NCBI RefSeq assembly: GCF_032444005.1
Contig: NC_091287.1
Location: 66,092,001-66,156,000, forward strand
Source: Ranitomeya imitator
Lineage: Eukaryota
DNA length: 64,000 nucleotides
Direction of reading: 5' to 3'
Shown here: in pieces, positions 26,401 to 38,400 of the stretch
How the letters are laid out: every line of letters begins with the position of its first letter
How positions within the stretch are numbered: the first letter of the stretch is position 1
Notes under the pieces: generated by a model
Told to the model about the DNA's origin: nothing
Seen by the model: the letters and a program-made list of their open reading frames with translations, nothing else
Database searches by the model: none
Translations under genes and position numbers: made by a program

Positions 26401-29400
26401 ACCCCACCACTAACCTGTGTACAGCGCTGACATCCAGCACCCCACCACTAACCTGTGTACAGCTCTGACATCCAGCACTCCACCACTAACCTGTGTGCAG
26501 CTCTGACATCCGGCACCCCACCACTAACCTGTGTGCAGCTCTGACATCCGGCACCCCACCACTAACCTGTGTACAGCGCTGACATCCAGCACCCCACCAC
26601 TCGGCTGTGTACAGCTCTGACATCCGGCACCCCACCACTAACCTGTGTGCAGCTCTGACATCCGGCACCCCACCACTAACCTGTGTGCAGCTCTGACATC
26701 CGGCACCCCACCACTAACCTGTGTGCAGCTCTGACATCCGGCACCCCACCACTAACCTGTGTGCAGCTCTGACATCCGGCACCCCACCACTAACCTGTGT
26801 GCAGCTCTGACATCCGGCACCCCACCACTAACCTGTGTGCAGCTCTGACATCCGGCACCCCACCACTAACCTGTGTACAGCTCTGACATCCGGCACCCCA
26901 CCACTAACCTGTGTGCAGCTCTGACATCCGGCACCCCACCACTAACCTGTGTGCAGCTCTGACATCCAGCACCCCACCACTCGGCTGTGTACAGCTCTGA
27001 CATCCGGCACCCCACCACTAACCTGTGTGCAGCTCTGACATCCGGCACCCCACCACTCGGCTGTGTACAGCTCTGACATCCGGCACCCCACCACTAACCT
27101 GTGTGCAGCTCTGACATCCAGCACCCCACCACTCGGCTGTGTACAGCTCTGACATCTGGCACCCCACCACTAACCTGTGTGCAGCTCTGACATCCGGCAC
27201 CCCACCACTAACCTGTGTGCAGCTCTGACATCCGGCACCCCACCACTCAGCTGTGTGCAGCTCTGACATCCAGCACCCCACCACTAACCTGTGTGCAGCT
27301 CTGACATCCGGCACCCCACCACTAACCTGTGTGCAGCTCTGACATCCGGCACCCCACCACTCAGCTGTGTGCAGCTCTGACATCCAGCACCCCACCACTA
27401 ACCTGTGTACAGCTCTGACATCCAGCACCCCACCACTAACCTGTGTGCAGCTCTGACATCCGGCACCCCACCACTAACCTGTGTACAGCTCTGACATCCG
27501 GCACCCCACCACTAACCTGTGTGCAGCGCTGACATCCGGCACCCCACCACTCAGCTGTGTACAGCTCTGACATCCGGCACCCCACCACTAACCTGTGTAC
27601 AGCTCTGACATCCGGCACCCCACCACTAACTAACCTGTGTGCAGCTCTGACATCCGGCACCCCACCACTAACCTGTGTGCAGCGCTGACATCCGGCACCC
27701 CACCACTAACCTGTGTGCAGCGCTGACATCCGGCACCCCACCACTAACCTGTGTGCAGCTCTGACATCCGGCACCCCACCACTAACCTGTGTGCAGCTCT
27801 GACATCCGGCACCCCACCACTCAGCTGTGTACAGCTCTGACATCCAGCACCCCACCACTAACCTGTGTACAGCTCTGACATCCGGCACCCCACCACTAAC
27901 CTGTGTACAGCTCTGACATCCGGCACCCCACCACTAACCTGTGTGCAGCTCTGACATCCAGCACCCCACCACTCGGCTGTGTACAGCGCTGACATCCGGC
28001 ACCCCACCACTAACCTGTGTGCAGCTCTGACATCCGGCACCCCACCACTCAGCTGTGTGCAGCTCTGACATCCGGCACCCCACCACTCAGCTGTGTGCAG
28101 CTCTTTCATCCGGCACCCCACCACTCAGCTGTGTGCAGCTCTGACATCCGGCACCCCACCACTAACCTGTGTGCAGCTCTGACATCCGGCACCCCACCAC
28201 TAACCTGTGTACAGCTCTGACATCCGGCACCCCACCACTAACCTGTGTGCAGCTCTGACATCCGGCACCCCACCACTAACCTGTGTGCAGCTCTGACATC
28301 CAGCACCCCACCACTAACCTGTGTGCAGCTCTGACATCCGGCACCCCACCACTAACCTGTGTGCAGCTCTGACATCTGGCACCCCACCACTCAGCTGTGT
28401 GCAGCGCTGATATCCAGCACCCCACGACTTGGCTATGTGCAGCGCTGACATCCGGCACCCCACCACTCAGCTGTGTGTAGGATCCAAAGTTACCACTTGT
28501 ACACAATGTAGTCAGAAAAGCACAGCACCATATACTGTATATGGCCGGTCTCTGGTATTGCCACTCAGCATCTATTGAAGTGAATGGGAGCTGAGCTGCT
28601 GTGCCCAGGAATAGCTACTAGACAGTGTTCAGAGCTATGCTGTCCGGCTCCATATACATCCGACCACAGTCACAGTAGCTTGGTGAGTGTCTGGGAGTCA
28701 GAGCTCTGCACTAATCTAATATTGATAAGCTATAGAGAGGTAATCAATATAAGTCATGGACATACAGAATCTATGACTAGGGGAAATCAGAATTAACAGA
28801 CTTCAGGCTACTTGCCTAGTAGAAAACCGATATAACCGTTTGTAAACTGAAGCTGGCAATGATGTGAGCGCTCCCCACTGGCAGGTTTTGCTAAGGAAAA
28901 TTGAATGCTGACTACACACTGGCACTTTAGTTAGTATGCGATGTTTGCCCAAGGAAAAATGGTAATAATTCTGCCACTTTTACAGAAAATGTCGTATTTC
29001 CAAATGTGTCCATTACTGCCTGCTCTAGCACGTTACTCGTTTTAGAAGGCAGAAAAGCAAAGCAGCTTTGCCATTATCATTAGAAATCAGTCCAAGTTCA
29101 ACCTAGAAAGTCTCCAATGAATCGCTGAGGTCACCAAACGGCAGCAAATTATTCAGCACAAGCTGCCACATTTCACACATGATGAAGCCATTACATTATG
29201 CCAACAGGTAGGCACATTACTGCGGGCAGCAGGTATTGTTCCTTTGAAACTCAATTTTATCACATTACTGTAAATGAGCAAATTATATTTCCTAAGAAAG
29301 ATGAAATGCAAAACCACAAACAGATGTAAAAAATATAACAATTATACAAAGAGGAACATAGAGCAGGCACGGTCAAATATGAGGACGTGACAGGTACTCA

Positions 29401-32400
29401 CAGGAAACCTTGGTGGCCCCATTGGCAGACGAGGCTGGTTTGGGACAGGCAGAAGGGGAACTGTGGTGGGGAAAAAAATAATAAAAATCACCAATTTAAT
29501 TTTCAGTCTAATGGTCACTGGACGCTCACATTTTCTATGACCTAATTAAATTGGCTCTGAGGCTTAAGATAGATTGACGTTAATGAAACTGACCAGATCA
29601 TTTATTTCCTTCTTCACAAAAAGGTTAAAAAAAAAAAAAAAAAAGGAGGCAGCGACGGCAGGCATGGAGGAGGCAGCGACGGCAGGCACGGAGGAGGCAG
29701 CGACGGCAGGCACGGAGGAGGCAGGCACGGAGGAGGCAGCGACGGCAGGCAGGGAGGAGGCAGCGACGGCAGGCACGGAGGGGGCAGCGACGGCAGGCAC
29801 GGAGGGGGCAGCGACGGCAGGCACGGAGGGGGCAGCGACGGCAGGCACGGAGGGGGCAGCGACGGCAGGCACGGAGGAGGCAGCGACGGAAGGCACGGAG
29901 GAGGCAGCGACGGCAGGCACGGAGGAGGCAGCGACGGCAGGCCCGGAGGAGGCAGCGACGGCAGGCCCGGAGCAGGCAGCGACTGCAGGCACGGAGCAGG
30001 CAGCGACTGCAGGCACGGAGCAGGCAGCGACTGCAGGCACGGAGCAGGCAGCGACTGCAGGCACGGAGCAGGCAGCGACTGCAGGCACGGAGCAGGCAGC
30101 GACCGCAGGCACGGAGCAGGCAGCGACTGCAGGCACGGAGCAGGCAGCGACCGCAGGCACGGAGGAGGCAGCGACTGCAGGCATAGAGGAAGCAGTGACC
30201 GCAGGCATGGAGGAGGCACAAAGCCCGGACTGTAGACGCCCACTAGGTCACTCTATGCCAGATAGCAATCAGAGTGGATATATTATTGAAGGATTTTCCA
30301 AAGTATGTAGGGCAGCTAAGCTCATGTTAAGTGGTGAGGAGGGCTAAATGGTGGTGGCCATGGTATATTAAAGAAAAAATAAAACAACAACCTGGTGACA
30401 GGTGCCATTTAATAAAAGAAAATAATGAAAAACTCGCTAGTCCCCATTTCATCAGAGATGCTGAGTGTCTGACTCCACCAATCTAACATTCATGATGATC
30501 CCATAGGAATAAAAAGGTGAAAGGATATCAGGCACTGAGCAAGTGGACAAAATCTACAAGTTTATTTCAAGAACATAAATGTAGACAGGATAGCTCAGTC
30601 AGCAAAACTAAATGGTTGTGACCAGAGGGTCCTAATCATGGGAGGGTCTTAAATCATGGCTACTATGATTAAGACCCTCTGGTTGAAACGCGTGGATTTT
30701 GCTGCCTGAGCTGTTCTGTCTACAGTTAGGTTCCTGAAATAAACTTGGCGATTCTTGTCCACTTATGGAGTGCTACATAGCCTTTCACCGTTAATGTCTA
30801 CGAGGCTCATGGGCCCGTGCACCTGTATGAGGAAAGCACTGCAAGACTGGGGAGCTGGAATCGCTGCTCCCTACGATCTCAGAGGAATGGTTAGCAATTA
30901 CAAGAACAAAAAGACTAAACTGGAAACCTCTTTGGGGGCTACTGAAATTCTTTTCTAGACAACTTAGAGTTCAGCATTAGCACCCACCTGCACCCTCTCC
31001 TGCACAGCATGCCATTTATTTTCTCCGACATGGGAGTTATAAGCTATGTATCCACTAGAGGGCGCTTACTTGTACCATCTATGTGCTGCACTGACCTCTA
31101 CGATCAGTGCCAGAAAAGAGGACGGAGCTGCCGTCCAATGATCAGACTAATGGACTGCTGTAACTTGCTGACCCAAAGGAACGCAGACAAGTAAACATTG
31201 TTTTCCCAATAGTTGCGGTTTGCGCAGAACGGGGCCATGGACGCAGGTTGTGCCACCTCGCTCTAAATAGATATTGCTCTGACAACATGTAAAGTGCCCT
31301 CATAAATAGACCTTACAAATTTTCCATTAATGGGAGACATTTTAATTTTACCAAAAACTAAATTTTTGTATTTTATATGAACATAGTGACAATGCACATG
31401 CTCCAACCTATCCAGAACATAAGAGGCAATAGCATACAGCCAAAAGTAATCCGTACCTTGGACTGGGGCCACATTTCCCTTAAAATGTGGATTAATATGA
31501 ATATTTTTAGGCTGTTGGGGTGGTGTTGCCAAGAGAGAATTACTTCCCATCCTGGATTTTTCCAGGGGTGACTGCAGCCGTTCGGACGATTGATTCCTAG
31601 ATCGTGGCATTGGCAGAAGAGGCTGTATAGGCTGATGATGCTGGAACAGACTGCGGATCGGCTGCTGGGGGAAGCAGAACAGGAAAGTGAGCGGATGATC
31701 ACAAACACATTGACAAATGGACTTTTTTTGTTTTGTTTTTTACTTTAACCAACATTTTTTTCTGCAGGACAAGTTTTAGTTTTGACCATACAAATGCCAG
31801 GGGTGGTGAAAGTGAAAAAAATGCAATTCCACCATTGTTCTTTGAGTTTTGTTTTTATGAGATTCATTATATAGTACAAATGGCCTGTTAACAATTCTTC
31901 AGAGCAAAACGAATACGCCAATACCAGACTTGTAGGTTTTTCCTTTAATTTAAATTAGCCCCTTAAAGGGAACCTGTCACCCCCTCAGGCATTTGTAACT
32001 AAAAGAGCCACCTTGTGCAGCACTAATGCTGCATTCTGACAAGGTGGCTCTTTTAGTTATGCTCCCTGCACACGCTGAAATAAAAGCTTATAAAATGCGC
32101 CCCCTCATACCGTGAAATCGTCCCGGGAGCGCATTGTCCCCCCCTAATCAGACGCAGCACAGCCCTTACTCCAGGCCTGTGCGCGCCGGGCGCCGCCTCC
32201 TCTTGCTTCATTAGCGTTCCCGGCGCCATGCGCAGTTGCGCTGCCCTTCGTACTTACAGCGCAGGCGCCAGGGACGATAATGAAGCAAGAGGAGGCGGCG
32301 CCCGGCGCACACAGGCCTGGAGTGACGGCTGTGCTGCGTCTGATTAGGAAGGAAAGACCCGCCCTGGGACGATTTCACGGTATGAGGGGGCACATTTTAT

Positions 32401-35400
32401 AAGCGTTTATTTCACCGCCAGAGGGGTGTGACAGGTTCCCTTTAACACCCCACAACACATTTGTCTATCAAAGCAGGTGTAGGTGTCTGGAGTTGGCTCA
32501 GGAGCGGAGTTACTGGCCAAAATAAATAGCCAGTATCTGTGCCCAATATATTCACCATGGCTTTTAACCAAACACCGCTGACAGTGGCATTTAAAGGGAA
32601 TCTGTCAGCAGGTTTTTGATACCTCATCTGACAGGATCCTAATGTAAGCACAGAGAAGCTGAATCCAAGGATGTATCACTTAGATTGCTGGGTACAGTGG
32701 TCCTGACAGCTTTTAGATTTAGAATGAAGCAGAGCTAAGAAAGCTAACCCCGCCCACAACAGAGCTGACTCCGCCCACACCGGGGCTCTCTGTGTGCAAA
32801 GTCTATAGACAGTGAGGTGCTTTGTTGACTAGTCCGGCAATGTTACTCTCTTAATCTATGTTCAAATGTTTTTTTTTTTTTTAAGGTTTTTTAATACAAA
32901 GTTTCAGCTGTGTTTTACAGTACCAGCACAGTCTGGGGGGGGGGGGGGGGGACAATGCTAATGGATAATATACAGCATGAGAATATAGTGTGTAGGAATA
33001 GAGGATGCCCCCAAACATTAAACAGAATTTAGGAGAAGTGGTGTGAATCGCCTCTGACGCACTCAATCTCCCAATGCTTTAACTTCCTTCATTTCATATT
33101 ATGCCCCCTGATGGGTTCCGGGTTTCCAACACATGAGATGAGATCCTGATACACATAGACAATAATTGTGTTGCTATTTCTAACATCTACATGATTAAGA
33201 TTTTCATTTTGATAAGCTGTTCATTGTCCTAATGATCGGAAGAGTGCAGTGTTCTAAAGACTCAAAATATTTAGTATTAAGCATTAATATGTTGTAATAT
33301 GTTACTGATATATGCCATGTAATGAATGATGGAATATTTGTAATGGTATTCTGAATGGACACCTTAATATGCTGGTAACATAATCCGATGCATATCCTGT
33401 TATTGTATGCTATGCTCATTCTGAAGCATTTTTCAATAAAAAAAAAAAGTTTAGAAAAAAAAACCAAAACATCTGTGCAAGTTTGTTTTTCATATGTTGA
33501 GATAGTTTTATTACAGTTTGGGATTTTATTTTTTTTGCTTTTTGTTGTTGAAGGTAAATTAATGTTATATTTTGATAGTTCTGATTTTTACCGTCACGTC
33601 GATACCAAATATGCTTATTTCTTTATTTTTAACAGAAAGGGGTGAAACTTCAGCCAATTCATTTTTATATTTTTTTTTATAAGTAAGCTGTCATCAGGTT
33701 TTTGCTTTGTAATATGAAAGCACCAGAATGTAGAGGCAAAGACCCCGATTCCAGCGATGTGTCACTTACTAAACTGTGTTTTGATGGTTCAATACAATTC
33801 GTATTTTTATCAGCAGGCGATTGTCACAAGAAGAAAAACGGCCTTTGAGTCCAATCACTCCACCAGCACTAATTACCAGCATTCTATCACCATAGAGTGT
33901 ACACAGAGATGTGTTTGGGATTTTACAGGGCTCTGCATTCTGAGCTCTGCAGCAGAGAAATCTGTGACTATCACAACTGCTGCATCCAGTAAAATAAGCT
34001 AAGTAGTACATTGCTGTAATCCGGATCTCTGTCCCTACATCATGCTGCTATCAGATAGAATAGAAGAATCCAGGATATCTATAAACAGAAAGGTAGTGAG
34101 CAAACACCTAACAAATTAATTCAAGTCTCCAGGTCTAGATGAATTACACCCCAGAGTACTGAAGGAGATAGAATTTTTTTTTTGAACCACTCTCCATAAT
34201 CTTTGAAAATTCTTGGAGAACAGGAGAAGTCCCAGAAGACTGGAGAAGAGCAAATGGTGTTCCTATCTTCAAAAAGGGGACCCTGGGAACTATAGGCCGG
34301 TGAGTCTGACGTCTATACCAGGAAAGATCTTTGAACAAATTATTAAACAACATGAATGTAAGTACCTGGATAAGAATGAAGTGATTAAACAGAGTCAGCA
34401 TGGGTTTGTAACTAAAGTCATGTCAGACTTACTTAATTTCCTTCTATCACAGAATCACTGACTGGGTGGATCACGGAAATGCTGTAGATACAGTATAACT
34501 TCAGCAAAGCATTTGACAAAGTATCTCACATAATCCGTATTGAAAAAATGACTAAGTATGGAATGTAAAGGCAACTGTTAGATGGATTCACAACTGGTTT
34601 AGTGATCGAACCCAAAGGGTGGTTGTAAATGGCTGCACTTCCAGTTGGAAGAATGCTTCAAGTGGGGTACCACAGGGCTCTGTCCTGGGCCCTGTATTGT
34701 TCAACATTTTTATCAATGATTTAGATGAAGGAATTGAGTGTAAACTGATTAAATTTGCTGATGACACACAGCTAGGAGGGACATCTAATACTAGAGAAGA
34801 GAGAGAGAGAGAGGACTCAAAAAGATATAAATAAACTGGAGCAGTGGGCAGCAACTAAAAGAATGGTTTTTAACAGGGAAAAATGCTAAGTACTACATCT
34901 GTGCAATAAAAATGAAAAAAGTATATACAGAATGGGAGGCATAGGGCTAAGCAACAGCACATGTGGACCCAGGAGGCCCCTTCCAACACTACCATTCTAT
35001 GATTACATAGCAAAAACCTGCTGACAGATTCCTTTTAAAAAAAAAGACTGCTGCTTTTAAAGGTTTATTTAAATACAGTGAATCTCTTTACTATCGAACT
35101 ACTCAGCTATTTTACATGCAACAGAATGGGTTACACAATATTTATATGGCCACTGCATGCATAAGGCTTATGGCAAGACGGCGTCCTGCAGGAGATTCAT
35201 CTCCCCTTTAACAGTCCCATAATGGCCAGGATACGTGAAGAGAATTCATAAATATCAGTAAGGTTAACAGTTACCCCTTGGTTATGACGATCTCTCAGGT
35301 TTCGTCGGTCTACGTCATTTCTTTCTTCCATGCCACGGGACATGCCATGATTGCCCCCTCGTCTGCCACCTCTTCTTCCGCCGTAACGCCCTAATTTGCG

Positions 35401-38400
35401 CTGGCGTTCCATCTCTTCAAACTCCATGAGGGAAGCCTTGGCTTCTTCAGAGAGTTCTGTAATGTGCAAGCAACCATGGTTAGCAAGGGAGAAGCTGACA
35501 GATCACACAACCTTATTCTTATGCTTGGGATGGGATTCAAAAGGCAAAACATCCAAAACGCACTGTAGGAACACAACTAATGACTGCAAACAAAAACGTA
35601 TCTTTTCACAGACTTTCACGTTAATGGCATAGTCTTAGAACAGGCCATCAATATTAGATCGGTGTGGGGCTGACTCTGCATCCCGCTATTATTTACTAGG
35701 CTGTAGCTATGCCTGGCAGAGCAGTGCAGTACCATTTACTTCAATAGGACAGAGCTGCAAAAAGCTGCAGTACCTGCCACAGCCACAATGGAACGTATGG
35801 TGCTGTGAGGTAAGCAGTGAAGGGGCACAGCATTGGCCCTCCAGTCATTGGTGGGGGAAGGGCTGGCTCAGGTTTTCGTGGGGCCCTTTAGCACATACCA
35901 CAACTCATGATGCACAGATACACAAGAGAAATATAGATAGAGATATAGTATATAATGCTCCATACAGAATAATGGGCCCCATATAATGCTCCATACAGAA
36001 TAATGGACCCCATATAATGCTCCATACAGAATAATGGGCCCCATATAATGCTCCATACAGAATAATGGGCCCCATATAATGCTCCATACAGAATGGGCCC
36101 CATATAATGCTCCATACAGAATAATGGGCCCCATATAATGCTCCACACAGAATAATGGGCCCCATATAATGCTCCACACAGAATAATGGGCCCCATATAA
36201 TGCTTCATACAGAAAAATGGGCCCCATATATTGCTCCATACAGAATGGTCACCATATATTGCTCAACACGCGGAATGGTCCCTTTTTAATTGTTCCATAC
36301 AGAACAGGTCCCATATATTGCTCCACACAGTATGGGGCCTATGAATTGCTCCATACAGTATGGGGCCCATATATTGCACCATACAGTATGGGGCCCATAT
36401 ATTGCGCCATACAGTATGGGGCCCATATATTGCGCCATACAGTATGGGGCCCATATATTGCGCCATACAGTATGGGGCCCATATATTGCGCCATACAGTA
36501 TGGGGCCTATATATTGCGCCATATAGTATGGGCCCCATATATTAATGAAAAATTAAATACTCACCTCTCCTTGATGGCCGCAGGTCTTGACTCCTCAAGT
36601 GACGTGGCACTGAGCAAGGATGGGGCCTTAGTTAATATGGATAGGGGCTCCAGCAGACGACCGTAGTTTTGGTCCAAATGGGGTCAACACATTGGTTTGC
36701 ACTCAGATCAATGATATTCAAATAATGTTTCACTGAGGCATGCACGGTTTGCCTTGGATAATGGGATGGAACTTGCCCATTCATGTCTATTGGTCCATGG
36801 AAAATATTGTACCACACTGGAATGGTTATTTTATTTTTCTTAAATGATTTACAGCCGAGAAACTCAGATCCCATTCTGATCCAACTCGAGTGATCAGCAC
36901 AGTTGGACTGTATTTCTTGGATAGTGAATATACGGTCGTCTGCACATGCTCATTTGTAAAAAGAATAAGAACATGGCGAACCCCGTTACATTTACTTTAG
37001 GGTATATTCAAGTGGCAGAAATTTCCCTGTAAACATGTGCAATTCTGCAAGCAGGTGCATGGATTTCTGCAGATCCATTTGTGACAGATTTCTTTAACGA
37101 TCAGCCATGTAACTTCTTAAAAAGAAAATTGTGATATTTTGCATAAACCTACTGCTAAAATAAAAAGGTATAATGGGGACACAAAGGAAGATATGTGATC
37201 CTCCAGGAGATAACATCAGAGCCATCCACCACTCAATAATGGAGGTCATCATAAATACGAGAACTTTACATTGCAGGAAAGTGTTAATTAGAAATCCCAC
37301 ACATAACATGAGAGATTTGAACTTCACCCCCATTACCAACCCCCTTCTATCCCTGGTGCTCCCGCCTGCACCGGACTACCATTCACAGTTAATGCCGTGA
37401 ATCAGCAATTATTTTTCATCTGGCTCCAAGTGTCAAGATTAATTTCACCATCCCTAGTAATAAAATGGTTTCAAATGACATCTTTAATCAGCACATAAAA
37501 ATACTTCCCTCCAATAGAGACAAGCTGTCACAAAAGGTCACCAATATGTGACAGGATGGAAATTATGTTGGTTACTTCTACTGAAATGTTAATTCATCCT
37601 TTAAGTGTTTCTTTAGATTGCGCAACATTGAAAACTTAAGACTTCTATAATCATACTGGGTCATGAGAAATACATGTAAAAATAAGAAGAAACATCAGAC
37701 CTACAGATCTTTAACAACTGAACCCTTAGATAGGAACAAAAAACAAAAAAAGGAAATGCACAAGTGTATATATGCACAACGCAACATCTTTTTCAAGCAG
37801 AAACGGTCTAAAAAATGAACTTTCGCATTTCTATGCAAAAATGTCTTGCTAATCACATGTTCAGCCTTTTGAGTGTTCTTTACCTGCTTTTGGAATCGAT
37901 GGCCGCCAAGAGGTTATAAAGCAGTGACCTGTTAATTCATTTGTTTTCCACTTTAAACACTCTGTACTTTCCAATACAAATCAATGAAAGAACCCCCAAA
38001 ACACCCAGAAGACATGTAGGCGTCTTTTGTTGCAGTTTGCCACCATTTTCGCTTAAAAATAAATGCTAGCAGTTACTTCATTATTGAATTGAGTGAAAAA
38101 AGGAAAAAAAAAATAAAGACTAGAAAACGAGAGTAAAAAACAAAAATTATGGGAAAACCCTACAAAAAAAAAAAAAAAAAAGCTTTGTGGAGCATCATCT
38201 GCTGGAAAAACTCAGTGGGCTTGCCCCAACTTAAAAAAAGATGCCCTATGGATATAGCCTAAGAAGAAAGACTAAATTACTTACCAGTAATGGTATCTTT
38301 CCAGAACCCATGACAGCACCACCTGAGAGGGGGGATCTGCCCATCATAATATAAAGGTGCTGACATAAGTTCTGGAAAATCCCATTACTGGCGAGTTATT

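Noticed and set aside
24488-28478. Regular ~38-bp repeats superficially like a CRISPR array, and many 60-136-aa ORFs ([13 protein letters not shown]...)
   Set aside because: Units are contiguous with no unique spacers, there are no cas genes, and the context is a vertebrate intron; the ORFs are by-products of a stop-poor repeat.
29564-30347. 200-257-aa ORFs in four frames ([32 protein letters not shown] repeats), resembling antifreeze/mucin proteins
   Set aside because: A 24-bp unit without stops is open in most frames; there is no splice, promoter or signal-peptide support.
35868-36666. Overlapping ORFs with periodic [14 protein letters not shown] / [12 protein letters not shown] sequence
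   Set aside because: Translations of the 31-bp and 28-bp minisatellites.
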